NCBI GenBank assembly: GCA_032718475.1
Contig: JAUCBJ010007129.1
Coordinates: forward strand, 12,028-76,027
Reading direction: 5' to 3'
DNA: 64,000 nucleotides
Origin: Nemertoderma westbladi
Lineage: Eukaryota; Animalia; Xenacoelomorpha
Positions 20,994 through 34,228 of this stretch are shown one piece after another. Each line of letters begins with the position of its first letter. The first letter of the stretch is position 1. A program made the position numbers and the translations under genes. A model generated the notes under the pieces. The model did no database searches. It was given only the letters and a program-made list of their open reading frames with translations, and was not told the DNA's origin.

Positions 20994-22721
20994 AGCTGCT
21001 ATATGAGTTAATCGATATTATAATTAATTATAATTAGGCTAGCGGTCATCGCTGCCTACCCCTCAATGCCCCCGGACAGCGCAAGCTCCTCAGCGATAAT
21101 GTACTGTTGCCGCTGTGTCTTTCGCCAACGTAGTAGCTACACAACGATAACAATAACCAGCGCGAGTCACTCCACTGTCCGTCCCAAGGGCTCAGAATTA
21201 CTTCAGGTTCTTGCTACAGAAGTAGGGCTACTTTCACAACTGCGACTCGCTACTGCAAACACACTTTAGTAGTAACATTCACCTATAAACGCACAAATTC
21301 CACACAACTGTCACAAATTGTACACATTCGGGCCATTTGTCAGTTAGTCAAGTGCCTTCCAGAATGCCACGTTATTATTATGTATCCCTGGATACTAGCA
21401 GTGTGCTATTTATTCCGTATGCTATTCAATGGGGCAAGCTTTTTATTGTTCTTTTAACTCACTTCTAATTCTAGCGTGGTTGTTGCCATGGTGACATTAT
21501 GGAAAGCTAGCAGTAGAATTAGGGTAATTCTCATGCATACAGATCTGGGATGCTATTTAATAGTAATTCTTTAATTGTCAATATTCCCCTTTATACATGA
21601 TTTTATGAATTTTATCGGCCATTGACTATATATTGGAGATTCTCTCACGCTAATATACTTAATAGGGTGAATCTCCGCTCCCATGATCTATTAATTGATG
21701 GAATTTTGGGAATGTTATAAATTGTATAAAATGACAATTTATCAAATTCATGAGAGGATGTGAATTTAAATTTATTCCCATAAAATTTTATTATTTAATA
21801 TTAAAATAGACAATTTTATTCCAGAACATGTCTGGGGACTGAGATCCTTGATTCTAGGAAATTTGTCCTTTTAAGAGTATCGGTAAGTGCTACGATATCT
21901 TAATCGACTAGAATTTTTAAAGGATCTTTTTTTTAACAGATTTTGATTTATAGATTTTCTTGGTTTACAAACTCCTTAGAGTTTATTTGTATGCATTTAC
22001 TCTATTATAACATTTGTTTTAATAGATTTTTATAAATATTAACTATTTAATATTTAAGATGGGCACCGATTTATTCCAGAACATGTCTGGGGACGTTAAC
22101 CACTGATTCTAGAATTTTGTCTTTCAAGTATATCGGTGGGTGCCGCGATATCTTAATCGACTAGAATTACAGATGGTCAAAGGGTTTAACAGATTTATTT
22201 TGCGTTTTACGCTACTGTTAAAGGGACATCACGCTACTATATGTATTATTTAATATACGGTATGAGAGCAATATTGCAAGAAGCAAAGTCAGTGAGAAGA
22301 GGCAAGTCGTATCCAAGGTCTACCCAGAGCTTGGTTTAGCCGAGACATGAGGATCTGAACTTTGCCTTCCTAATACTCTACTTACCAATAATACTTGAGT
22401 ATAGTAGGAGCTTTATTGTACTTTAATAAGTACGGACATTTCATCTTACTGTAGTCATGTATTTATAATATGATATGGACAGTAAGGAAAGAGAAAAAGA
22501 ATTATTTCTCGCCGTTGCACTAAATATATAATATAGGTAATTAAGTAATAAACACGAATATATATTGCACTAATCTACTAAACAATCGCTAAAATAACAT
22601 CCTACTAAATAAAATTAAAGAAAACGATTATAATAATAAAATTACGTAATAATACATACATAAATATAAAAATAATAAAAATATATAAAATAATGTAGTC
22701 ACACACCCACTCCAGACGCTG

Positions 22722-25700
22722 TTACGTTGGGGAGTCCCTAGATGTTTGTTGGATTAGGGAGGTGGTCGTGGGAAGAGTATCTTGCCTCCCACAGTCTACG
22801 GACAGTTCTCGGTCTCTTTCCAGTAAACATAAACGACTGGGTGATTGAGTTGTTGTGTTTCGAATACAATTCCAGATTTCTTCTTCGTCCTGGAATAGTG
22901 ACGATAGAAACACCAAGTTTGGTTATCGGTGAGGAGATCAGTTGTATTTTCCTCATCGTATTGGTTAATATCGTCATTATCTGAGGAGTATGGTGTTCCC
23001 TCAGTTGTGGTCTCTCCCTCACTGATTTATTCTTCCCATTCACTCACCTGATGTACTTGTTCGTTAGGTAATCTTTCCATGAGTGTTCTACAGGAAGGTC
23101 CAGTGAAGTACCAACCTACTCTCGTTCTTCCCGCATATGTTTGTAATGGTTGCGGTCGAGCAGGCCGTTTTTCTAATGTTTCAAGTGCCTCATGCGCATT
23201 TTGGCCGAACAATATCTGCACCCCTGGGTAGTCGGTATTGAATCTAGGGATATCATGCTGCTGGGTAAAATGGTCTTCATCCCAGTTGTAAGGTTCTACT
23301 TGGCTGGTAGCAAAGTTCTTTATCGCCACCATTTTTACTGACCTTATGCTATGTTCTCCTAGTTCATCCTGGGGAGTGGACAACGCGCCTACATAGTAGT
23401 CTGTAGCTACTGTGGATTTCCAAACCTGCATAATTCCTGAAAGGTTCAACTTAGTTCGGAACTTGGGTTGTCCAGCAAAGATGTCTTCGGCTAGTTCTTT
23501 GTCGATGAATGTTCTTGTGCTGCCGGAGTCAAGGAGGGCGTTTACTATAAAACTCTTACCTTTCCCATGGACTCTCAGCTGCACTACTGGGAATTCCCGG
23601 ATTCCGACGTTGGAAGTTGGCGCTTTCCAAGATGGTTGTTGGTCCGGAATCGTCAGTTTTGCTTCGTTATCGGTTTCAGTCTCATACGTAAGCGCTCGAT
23701 ACACTGCGGTGTTTATCATATAACAGGATTCGTTTTCATCGGAGAATTCGTCCATGTAAAATCCTTCCATCTCAGAGCTGTGGTCAGTGTCGTTCTCATC
23801 ACTGAATTGGACATGTAGTTCGGGCTTACTTACCTGACTCGTGCGGGTTCTGTCAAATTCTGTGTGCAGTAAGACATGATGTTTCGCGCCGCACTTAGCG
23901 CACCTAGCATCTGAGTAACAGGTCTGCCGTTGGTGTCCTCGTCTGAGGCAATTATAACACAACCGCTTATCCGACATGACATCACGTCTATCTTTAAGAG
24001 ATTTCTTTAAGAATTCATCACAACCACTCAAGCGATGGGGCCCGTCGCACAATACACATTTGGGCTTGATGTTACTTACTTTAACCTGTGCTGTGTGGTG
24101 CACACTTGTTCTTTCCTCGGGCTTTCTTCCATGAATTCTCTTAGGAGACGTGGGAGGAGTTGTTGTTACCTGTTCTCTCCTGTCACTGATTCGAAACTTA
24201 TATTTACTTACGTTTTTTTGTGTTTTGTTGACATAGTAAGATCTTTCGGTGTCTTTCCCGCTGTTCTCCTCGTGGGAGGTTTGGCTTTCGCCGTCGTCTG
24301 TATAACACACTGGTGTTACCTTTCTCCTAGAAACGGGTTTTTCACTTACCTCACTTTCAGGAGTCTTCTCTCTAGACTGTTTTAGGAGTTGTAATCTTAC
24401 CTCTCGGTTTAAGAATGACAGAAGGTCCATCATGGTTGGATCTCTATGTTGTTGGTCCATCAAATAGAGAACCTTTTTGTCCCAGCGAGTACCTACTCCA
24501 CCCTTTGGCAAAGCTGATGCTAGGGCTCCTACAACCATAGAATTCTGGTATTCATGAGACTTACCCAACCAGTCTAATTGTCTACAGATCTCCTGAATCT
24601 CATCGGAAAACTCTATAATCCCTCTGCTAATACCTAGCTATGTTAGTCCTATTACCATACCTGATGTTTAGTGTATCCCAAACTTGTCTTAATCCATCTG
24701 GATGTCCAATAAACTTTAACGCCATTAACTTGGGAGGTCCTTCTAAGCACTCGATGAGGAGTCTAAGTTTCTCTCCGTTAGATAGTACAGAGTTCTGTAT
24801 GTTATCTTTATAATATTCATTAAAAGGTAACCATTTCATCTCATCTCCATTGAACTTGACGATCTCTCCCACCTTTACCGCTTGACGGGCTTTGGTTCTA
24901 GCCATTTGACGCGTAAAACTTTCTTGGGCCATCGTATTATTTAATATCGAGTTATCGGTATATAAATTTATCGGATTAGGATCAGGTCTATCTGGAATAT
25001 CATTATCAACAGGTTTATAATTATCCTTAATAGGGTTTACTATAGGAGTTTCTACTTCACTAGCAGTATAGATGCGTGGAGGCTCCACACCTTGCGCATG
25101 AAATACTTCAGACCTAACAGGTTGACACATTGTTACAGGGGATGGTGGTATACCCCTTTGTATATTTACCAATTTATTGCGTTCTAATGCGATACTCTGC
25201 TGCACTTCTTGCAACTCTAACCTACCCTCTCTTACTGTTCCCTTTAACTGCTGAACAGTCCCTTCCAACGCCCGGACTTGCTGGGAGGAACACACACGGT
25301 GTTCCCTCAGCTGACCGAGCAGGAGACCCATCTCCCGCCATCCCTCATCCACCCACTCTACCGCCGAAGCGGGAGCCGCCAACATAGTAGCGGGTAGACG
25401 AGGGACGACGGGCGACAAATCGACAAACCGGAACTGATTCAGGAACTGTCCTACTGGGCACAGGTAGTTTAGTACTGTGCAAAGGGAATTTAGAGTTAGG
25501 TTCTGGAAGTACAGGTGTCTCTATCACAGAGGGGGTGGCTTCGAGAACAGGCCCAATTATTTCAGGCTCATCTACTATAGTAGGGAGTCTTTCTACTCTA
25601 ATAATTTGGTCTGTGTGTTCTGTACTACCTAAGTCTACACTAGCTAGTTGCCTTCTCACAGCTGGGGGCAAATTAGGCAATTTCTGACGGTGGGGCGTTC

Positions 25701-27080
25701 TTCTACATCTGCTGGAACGAGATCTATTTCCTCCGCCTTCAGGATCTGTTGTATCGCCTTCATCAGATGATGTAAATCCCTGTCTCTTGGGAGTAGATCG
25801 ACTTATTATCTGCATCTGACTAGCTGTTATCTGGTTATTTAAGTAGTCTTGCTTCTCTTGAAGATTTTCCAACTCTAGTTGGGTTGTCTCTTCAGATGCC
25901 CTCCGTTCTGCTTTTGCCACTGCCTCTGCCGCCTTTCTTTCAACTTCTGCAGCTGCCGCTGTCGCTTTTCTTTCCGCTTCTACCGCCGCCGCTGCCGCTT
26001 TTCTTTCCGCTTCTACCGCCGCCGCTGCCTCTTTTCTTTCAGCTTCTGCCGCTGCCGATGCCGCTGCCTTTCTGTCTTCTATCTGCTTTTTCTTTAGTTG
26101 CACTTCTTGGACCCTAGCGATGCGGATTCTTTCATCAAATTTAGCTCACTCCGTGGCTAACATTTCCGCATCTAACGAGTCTAACACAAATTTGGCTCCC
26201 TCACTATTAGGGTGAAATCCAGCTAGCCGTCTCCTTAACTCTTTGTCACCTATAAATCGTTGATAGTCCGACAGATAGATGTCAATAGCGTCTTTCTTCT
26301 GAGGTTTCTCTGATGTCGCTTCGCTTTCCACCTGAGAAAAGGTAGCATCTGTTGACTCTCCGTGGGTCGCGCGCTCAGTTAGGGGGTTGTTGAAACAGTT
26401 GTTCCTCTAATCGCTCCAAAGAGCTGAAGAATCCCTGTACATATCCTGCTGCCGACCTCTTCCACACAGCTGGATCTCTAGTGTCCTTTACCACTCCCAT
26501 CCTGTATAAGTCCTCCCAGGCAACTTCCGATAAGTTAAATGGGAGTCCGGGTCCGGGGAAGTTCCATTGCGTCTCGACAATAGACCTTAATTCCTCCATC
26601 GTATATCCCACATAACTGTCCTTGGTCGATCGCTTACTTCTCGCCCAATCGATTTGATGTTCTTCCACCGCAATCAATACTCTAGTGAGTACAGCTCCCA
26701 GAAGAATTAGAAGTGGATCTGGATAAACCGCTTCTGCCATCTTTGCTCCGATCTCGGGTGTCAACTCTACAGTGTCTGAACTACTGGAGTTATCGGGCCG
26801 TTGAGAAATAAGTTCCCGGTTCGGGTGCTGCTGCTGCTGCCTCTTGGTCCCGCTTGACTTGAGCCCTAGTGCCTATGATAGACCAATGGTGCTCTACTAG
26901 CCTAGGGTCTGACACTACTACTGTAGGGATGACCTTTCTTACAGTAGGAGGGGACTTGGACTTTGGTCTCAGACGTTCTATACTCTTAGCTGAGTCCCAG
27001 ATCTTTTTAAGACCCTGTCTAACACTCATTCTAACACTTTCTAAGAGACTATCTGACAGTGTTTGTTTTGTGTCAGACAT
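22722..27080 (-). pseudogene. Gag-protease of B1, fragmented and fused to the last codons of integrase
   Basis: ORFs 26790-27080, 26375-26764, 25345-26103, 24627-25418, 23027-24568. Knuckles CVLCDGPH, CYNCLRRGH, CAKCGAKHH; protease LLDSGS; tail RLCLLERD. Confidence 0.92.
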
Positions 27081-27235
27081 GTTTGATTGTACAGTTGAAT
27101 GCCTACTACTATAACGACAGTTAAAGCAAGTCTAGTAATTCAGTATCAACTGCAAGCCTAGTAATTAATTACCGATACTGTTACTCAGTGTAACGTGATA
27201 TATATACAGATATATAATATGTTAGAATACCGGTA

Positions 27236-27603
27236 TACACTTATAGTATATATAAGAATTATTACAGACTAGAATTAGTCACAGAATACCGGTATATAAT
27301 TTCAGCATAAATTTATATAAATATATATAATAAGCCTACCGTAAATACCAGTATACAGCATACACTTATAGTATATATAAGAATTATTACAGACTAGAAT
27401 TAGTCACAGAATACCGGTATATAATTTCAGCATAAATTTATATAAATATATATAATAAGCCTACCGTAAATACCGGTATACAGCATACACTTATAGTATA
27501 TATAAGTATTTATACAGACTAGGATTAGTCACAGAATACCGGTATATAATTTCAGCATAAATTTATAGAAATAAATATAATAAGCCTATCGTAAATACCG
27601 GTA
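27236..27603. repeat. 125-bp tandem repeat x3 in the 5' leader of B1
   Basis: tacacttatagtatatataag starts at 27236, 27361 and 27486; B2 has a single copy (~49779). Confidence 0.9.
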
Positions 27604-29181
27604 ATGTCAATTATTTTAGAATAACTGAATTTCTGAATTTTAGGGTTACTTTCCTTTACTTTATTACTGTTATTAAGCAGTAGCCCAACTGATATTAAGA
27701 CCTAATTAATGTATAACAGGCCTACTATTTTATAAATCGGTTTGAGTTGATTTATAATATATATATACCCGTATAATGGGTTTTTGTCAATGTTTGAAAT
27801 AAATGTTATTATTTCTGGTGAGGAGTCACTACACAGAAGCTGAACGCTCTCAGTGGAGTGCTTCCTGTTAGACACTAAAACAAATAATTCTACTTTACTA
27901 AGTTACTTATTACTACAAATTACATACAATTACTGTGTTGTGTGAGATTACAATCTCTAAATAAACACCAAAAATTACACATACAAATTTTAGGATAATT
28001 TTACAGGAAATCTACAAACCAGCCTAACAAGGAGTTAGAATTTCTGGTTCTTACAAACGGACAGGAAACTACGGTATTTGATAATAATTAAGCAGTAGTA
28101 AATATATTGCTTTGTCCAGATAAGAAAATACAACCGTCTGATGACTTATAGTCTTTAGCTCTACAGCTCTATAAGTACTACGTTATGTACCCGGAGTGTC
28201 CTTACCTAGAAGTTAATTACCGCAGCCAACCAGAGCTAACGTGCCTATTAACCACTTTACAACACAAATATACTGCCTATACACTAATTACCTTCGGAAA
28301 GTACTGTACACTAAACCCTAAATTAGGTACAAGTACTTATACAACAAATAACCAGCAGTTAAATATACTTATACAGCTAAAAGAACCACGGTATCTGCTG
28401 GAATAACTAGAGCATAAAATCACCAGTCTTTACCTACGCCAAGCAGCCCTGATGTAGTACCGGGGTTAATTTAACTATAACGGTATGTATAACAAGCACA
28501 ATTACTGTAGCAATAAACTTGGGGAGTTATGTAGGTTGCGAATACTCGCATAGACTCGTGAATAATAAATATTACGCTACCCGTGCAGACTACACAAACA
28601 AAATACAGACCAAACGCTGGCAGACTACTATCAAGCCTTAATAAACTACAGTATATGCAGACTCCGAAATGGTTAGTTAGTAGGCGTTCTAACCGAGTAG
28701 TACGACTTATTCTTTTGGGAGGGATTTACCTTACAGCACTGGATGCCCCCACCTTCCTAACTAGTACTTTATCAGACATACACTCTATACACACTGCAAT
28801 CTCTTCAGACCCAACAACAGTCAGACAACAATCCAGCCTACAAATTATTTATACAATCTGAGCAGGCTTACACGCCTTCTGCTCAATATTACTTACAGAT
28901 AAATAAAACTGACAGAAATAAGTAAAATCCCAATAAAAAACCAGGGCTGCAGTCCCTGATTAAATATCAAGACCTACCGGTATATAATTATCAAAATCGA
29001 ATAATACCTGTTCGTACCTGTAAGTACCGGTTCAGGTAGTTGGGCAGTTAGGCCTACAGCTTACCGTTCGACCGGTACCTTCGACTTTATTGCCTACGTT
29101 TAAAACTTTAGCGAACTTTATAGCGAGTTTAAAACTATTAATGTTCTTACAAGAACATTAGACAATTTGTAAAACTATTAA

Positions 29182-30414
29182 TGTTCGCGCTTTTAGACCT
29201 TTAGCAGTTTAACCTGCCAATTTTAATTGTCTTTTTTGTATATCAATTATTTAATGTACTGAAGTTACATCAGCTGAAGCCAGCCTGTGCGCGACCATTC
29301 ACCCACAGTTAAGGGAGACTGGATTCGGATGCTTTGATAGTGATTGCAGTGTAGACCTACTGTATTATTCAATTGATCGTTAATATATAATCTCTGACAA
29401 TATATTTACTTTCGGGGAAATATTAACAGTTCCTTTAGGACGTGGCACTTTAAGTATAAAACAGAGTTATGACTTATACTAATCACAACTGGATGGCTAC
29501 TGAGTTTCGTAAAAAGTGCATTCTTTAGGAGATGCTTTATTAACCTTCACACTACTTCACACGACTTCACACTAGTTCACACTACTGCGCACTGATCTGC
29601 CGACCGTCACTGAATTTGATCATATATAAGGAGGATCGCAACTGACACATGTAGGGATTATGAAATAACATTTAATTCACACAAAAACCACTATAATGTA
29701 AGTCGCAGTTGCTACCGGTAAACCTGTTCCTCTAACCTTTAGTAATCAAGAAGATTGGGGGTTTTATGATTATTCATCGGTATTCTCCAAATATATCAGC
29801 AATATACACCAACATAACACCAATTAATAACAGAATCAAATAATGCGGTGAACAGTCAGTATGTGTTACTTATGCAGTGTTCCATGTGCGGCAATGTTGA
29901 CTTGCGGTGTGATGCGGTGTGTTGCGTAGTTGAATTGTGTTGCTTTTCAGTGATTCAGATATGAAGTATGATTCAGTTAATAGTTTTACTTTCTTGTAAT
30001 AAAAGCCATCTGATGTTTCTGATGTTTAGGTCAAAGTCTGAAACTTCCAACACAGAAGTACAGAAGAATTTCCAAGCAGTTCTCTCGCTCAGAAAGGTAA
30101 ACTAAGACCGTAATGCATTGCGCGGTTTTCCGTAGGCCTCTGTACAAGATAAAATGAAAATCGCTCTGATTAGCTGAGCTGAGCGAGCTGAACAAAGAGA
30201 TGTTCCACGTTTACAGTAAATCAGCTGACAGATTTCGTCATCTGAGTTCCAGTCTTTTAGAGTATTAAGCGCATTGCGGCAGAAAATGGCTTGTTATGTC
30301 CGCTAAAACACCCACACGGTACATTGCGGAGAAAATGGCTTGTTATGTCCGCTAAAACACCTACACGGTATATTGCGGAGAAAATGACTGGTTATATCCG
30401 CAAAAGCTTTTACA
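29182..30414 (-). repeat. 5' LTR of B1
   Basis: Near-identical to 18086-19359, with one fewer 47-bp repeat. Confidence 0.96.
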
Positions 30415-30419
30415 AGGGG

Positions 30420-30784
30420 AAGTAACAGCAGCGGGCGAAGCACTCCCACAGAGGTTGGAGCCGAGAATTAGTATATTAGCCAATGAGGGCGAAGAAAGCA
30501 TCCGCTAGATAGAGAGGCCAAGGTAGTGTAGGAATAACCAATATATATTATATTGGTCAGTTCAGTCATCTCAGTCATCTAGTGCAGATCGGTGACAATT
30601 TCGTACCGTCACCGCCATCATATATATTATATTTACCGGTCAGCATACTATACTGCATATATTACCTGTCAACTGTGCTATCACATTTTATATACTATAT
30701 GAATTAACCGATAACAACTAATATCTTTCACAACGACACGGTGATGCGTGACCTAATACACCGGGATCCCCTTATCCCGTCACA
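30420..30784 (+). repeat. 5' LTR of C, right part
   Basis: Matches 60609-60996 and ends GTCACA. Confidence 0.95.
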
Positions 30785-30811
30785 GTACGAAATTCCCAAC
30801 ACTGCTAAACT

Positions 30812-32026
30812 GTGACTGCCAGCCACCGAGAAAGAAAGCTAAAGATGAGCACAGAGGCCCGAGACCTAGAGGGAGAGAGGACACCGCCGCGGACCCCGGA
30901 CGATACCAACAACCTAACGATCCGCGAGGCCGCGACGAGACGGTATCGACCTACGTTGCCGGATTCGCCGACGAGAGACGATCCGGCAGTCCAAGCAGAG
31001 GGCGGCCGTCTACCAGGGGGAAGGGACGAGTCGACGCACGACGGCGGTCAAAGTACTGAAGTCGCCGGCCAGCCACAGGCCGAGGGCGATGGACGGCCCA
31101 CCGGAACGGCGACGGTGGGGCCGCCGGTACGACGCCGAACCAGGAGAGGAGGAGGAGATGTCGGCGATGAGGACGTCGGAACCAGCGATCGGCTTCGACG
31201 GGCCTACAACGCCACAAAGAAACAGCTCAAGGAGGCCAGAGAGGGAGCAAAGGTAGACCAGGGGAAGTTGAGACAGCGACTAGGTGAGTCGAATAAACAT
31301 TTCAGATACCTAGTTCGTTTCGGGCAGGGAGAACTGGCGAGTGAGAGAGCAAGGGGGGTTGCCACCAAACTATTCGAACTGTGGCGATCCGGGATTATGG
31401 AGCCCCAAATAGTGTACATAGGGCCGTATTTAGTGGATGCTAGGGGAATTAAGTTAGTGGGTTGGGCAGACCCGCACGAGGGCGAACCCGAGGTTAACTC
31501 CGAGGATTCAGTCTCGTCGGTTAGCGAGAACCCCGGAAAGCGGGGGAAAGTTGGTAGGACAGAGAGACGACGGGATTCCGTCGCGACCGACAAGTCTGCT
31601 ACATCCTCCGCAAAAGCAAGAAGGGTGTTAGAGATAGATCTGGCGTGTCAATTAGACATTGCGGCGCTAGACCAGAAAGAATTAGAGAGGCAGTTGAATG
31701 AGGGAACTGCGTTGCTAGAGAAAGAGAGAGAGTTAGAGACGGAGACGAGAGTAGAGAACGAGCATAGAGAGCGGGTTGCGAGAGAGACAGAGATAGCGGA
31801 GCAAAGTTTACGAGAGGATAGAGAGAAAGAGAGAGCAGGAAAGCGTATGCGGGATGATATGCATGCCCGGCTAAGGGGGCTTATGCAGTATCAGGCCAAG
31901 CAGAAGCGCCGACTAGAACTGGCGCAGTTGGGATTATCAGAGAGTGAGGCTGGCTCGGGTAGTGTTTACGAGGAGCCAGAAGTAATGGAAACGTTTGTTA
32001 ATATCCCACTTACAGGCCCCGGATGA
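30812..32026 (+). pseudogene. Gag N-terminal (coiled-coil) part of element C
   Basis: Starts just after the C 5' LTR; E/R-rich coiled coil; continues in broken frames at 33375-34228 and after 54922. Confidence 0.7.
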
Positions 32027-32291
32027 CAGAACCAGAACTGGTGTAACCGTAAGGGCGGGGGGGGGGGGGGGGATAATAATACATTAGAAGGTATTAATAT
32101 TAATGGTAACGTAGTAGACAGCCCTAATCAAACTTTTATTGCAGGAAATAATATTTTATCCGGTAATTCTAATTTAAATTCAAATATTCAAAATAATCTA
32201 AATAATAATTCTAATTCAAATATTCAAAAAATAATTCGAATAATAATTTAAATTTAAATAATTAATAATTGAATGCTTGAGTTAATACAAT

Positions 32292-33339
32292 TATTTTATT
32301 CTTTAATTGTCAAGCTGAAGTAAAAAACCTTACCGGTAGGTATGCCAGTACAGTACGATACAAATACTAAAATAAAATGCAATTGACCATTAGACGTTGC
32401 ATGCAATCAGTGATCAGCTGACGGCTGTCAGCTGATCAGTAGGTTTCGATCCAATGGGGGCTTTCTCAAGTAGCTAGTGCTAGAAAGGAGACAATAGATA
32501 GTAGTTCCCAAGGGAGACGGGACAGTAATGTGAAACAAGGTAGAAGTGTATCCGTCTAACCACTGGGAAGCAGCACCTCAAACTTGCGCCAATCACGTTT
32601 CTGCTTGTTAATAGCTGGCTGGCGAGTGCGTATATAAAACATTTCTAGTTTTTAGAGCCAATCACTGCGCCAATTGGCCAATTGGCCAACTGCGCCAATC
32701 ACTGCCATCATTGAAACATCCAGTTCCAGATATTCTGGCTTCTAACGTCGTGTATTCATTTGCTTGTCCCTCTTGTAAGGGGGAATATGTTGGACATACC
32801 ATCCAACACTTATTTGAACGCGTTAGACAGCATCAAGACGGGTCGGCCAATGATGGTACGAACAAGGCAAGACAGTTCACAACCATATCATGACGCACCG
32901 CGGGGAGCCCAACACACATTGGTTGACCGACTGGCGAGAGTTGTTCAAACACTTCAAGGTTATTGCACGGCACCCTTTGCGTCCTGTCCTGCAAAAACTA
33001 GAAATGTTTTATATACGCACTCGCCAGCCAGCTATTAACAAGCAGAAACGTGATTGGCGCAATTTTGAGGTGCTGCTTCCCAGTGGTTAGACGGATACAC
33101 TTCTACCTTGTTTCACTTTTTGGGAACTTCTATCTATTGTCTCCTTTCTAGCACTAGCTAATTGAGAAAGCCCCCATTGGGGCGAAACCTACTGATCAGC
33201 TGACAGCCGTCAGCTGATCACTGATTGCATGCAACGTCTAATGGTCAGTTGCTTTATATTTTAGTATTTGTATCGTACTGTACTGGCATACCTACCGGTA
33301 AGGTTTTTTACTTCAGCTTGACAATTAAAGAATAAAATA
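32292..33339 (+). mobile_element. 5'-truncated Penelope-like element with inverted pseudo-LTR and GIY-YIG endonuclease remnant
   Basis: ~350-bp inverted repeat, 32292-32653 versus 32993-33339. SNVVYSFACPSCKGEYVGHT....ERVRQH and F.VI.......LEMFYIR...P.IN motifs at 32711-33090. Confidence 0.88.
33154..33216 (+). ncRNA. Candidate minimal type I hammerhead ribozyme variant (inverted copy ~32418-32476)
   Basis: TTGAGAAA-GCCCC(CATT)GGGGC-GAAAC core followed by palindromic CTGATCAG and GTC|AGCTG, which can pair with the upstream TAGCT. The core deviates from CUGANGA. Confidence 0.4.
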
Positions 33340-33654
33340 TATTAAATTTAAATATACAGAATAATTCAAATAATTTGAATAATTTAGAAAATAATAATAT
33401 TGATAATGGGGCTATTAATATTAATATAGGAGACACAGGTGGTCCAGCCAACGGGAGCCTGCAAGGCCACATAGTTAGTACGCAGGGAGTAGCAGGGGTG
33501 AGTGACCCCGATGGGAGCCTGCAATGCCACGTAGTTAGGCAGGGAGTAGCGGGGGTGAGTCAACCCGACGGGAGCCTGCCAGGCCACGCAGTTGCACAGG
33601 GATAGGCGGGGGCGAACAGACCCAGCCGCAGTAGAGACAGTGCGTCGACCAGAG

Positions 33655-34050
33655 AGGGGTGTAGAAGCGAAGTGAGAGGTAGCGAAGTAAGATGTGGCGA
33701 GAGGGGGGGGGGGGGGGGGGCTACGGGCGCCCCACCACGGAAGATTAGTGGCGAGAGAAGGGGGGCAGAGAATGCCCCACAAGGGGGGCATAGAAGCGAA
33801 GTAAGAGGTAGTGAAGTAAGAAGTGGCGAGTGGGGGGGGGGGGGGGGGGGTTTAAGGGCGCCCCACCACTGGAGATTAATGGCAAGAGGGGGGCAGAGAA
33901 TGTCCCACAAGAGGGGCGTAGAAGCGAAGTAAGAGATAGTGAAGTAAGAAGTAGTAGGTGGGGGGGGGGGGGGGGGGGCTATGGGCGCCCCACCACGAGA
34001 GATTAGTGGCGAGAGGGGGGGGGGGGGGGGGAGGAGCAGAGAATGTCCCA
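33655..34050 (+). repeat. ~120-bp tandem repeat x3 with long G runs within C gag
   Basis: gaagcgaagt(a/g)agag...G-run...ggcgccc(c)accac..agatta repeated three times. Confidence 0.8.
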
Positions 34051-34228
34051 CAGGCGTTGGCGGATAATGCGCGGGGCGAGATAGGTGAACCGTGGCACCT
34101 GACGACGGAGAATAGTAGGGGGATGACGAGTATCCCCAGGAGCGTCCAGGCGGACAGAGAGAGAGAGATGTTAGCGCCGAGAGCAGGCGAGCGACGAGAC
34201 GTCGAGCCCAGTCAGAAGAGAGAAGAAG

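Larger units (their letters stand above)
18086..30414 (-). mobile_element. BEL/Pao family B copy B1, non-autonomous (RT, RH, IN and ORF2 exonuclease deleted)
   Basis: Near-identical LTR pair, TSD AGGGG (18081-18085, 30415-30419), PPT GGGAGCGG on the minus strand at 19360-19367. Confidence 0.96.

Noticed and set aside
28185-28406. Conserved 73-aa ORF shared by B1 and B2 (52828-53049)
   Set aside because: It is antisense within the leader, and its conservation is explained by overall nucleotide identity of the copies.
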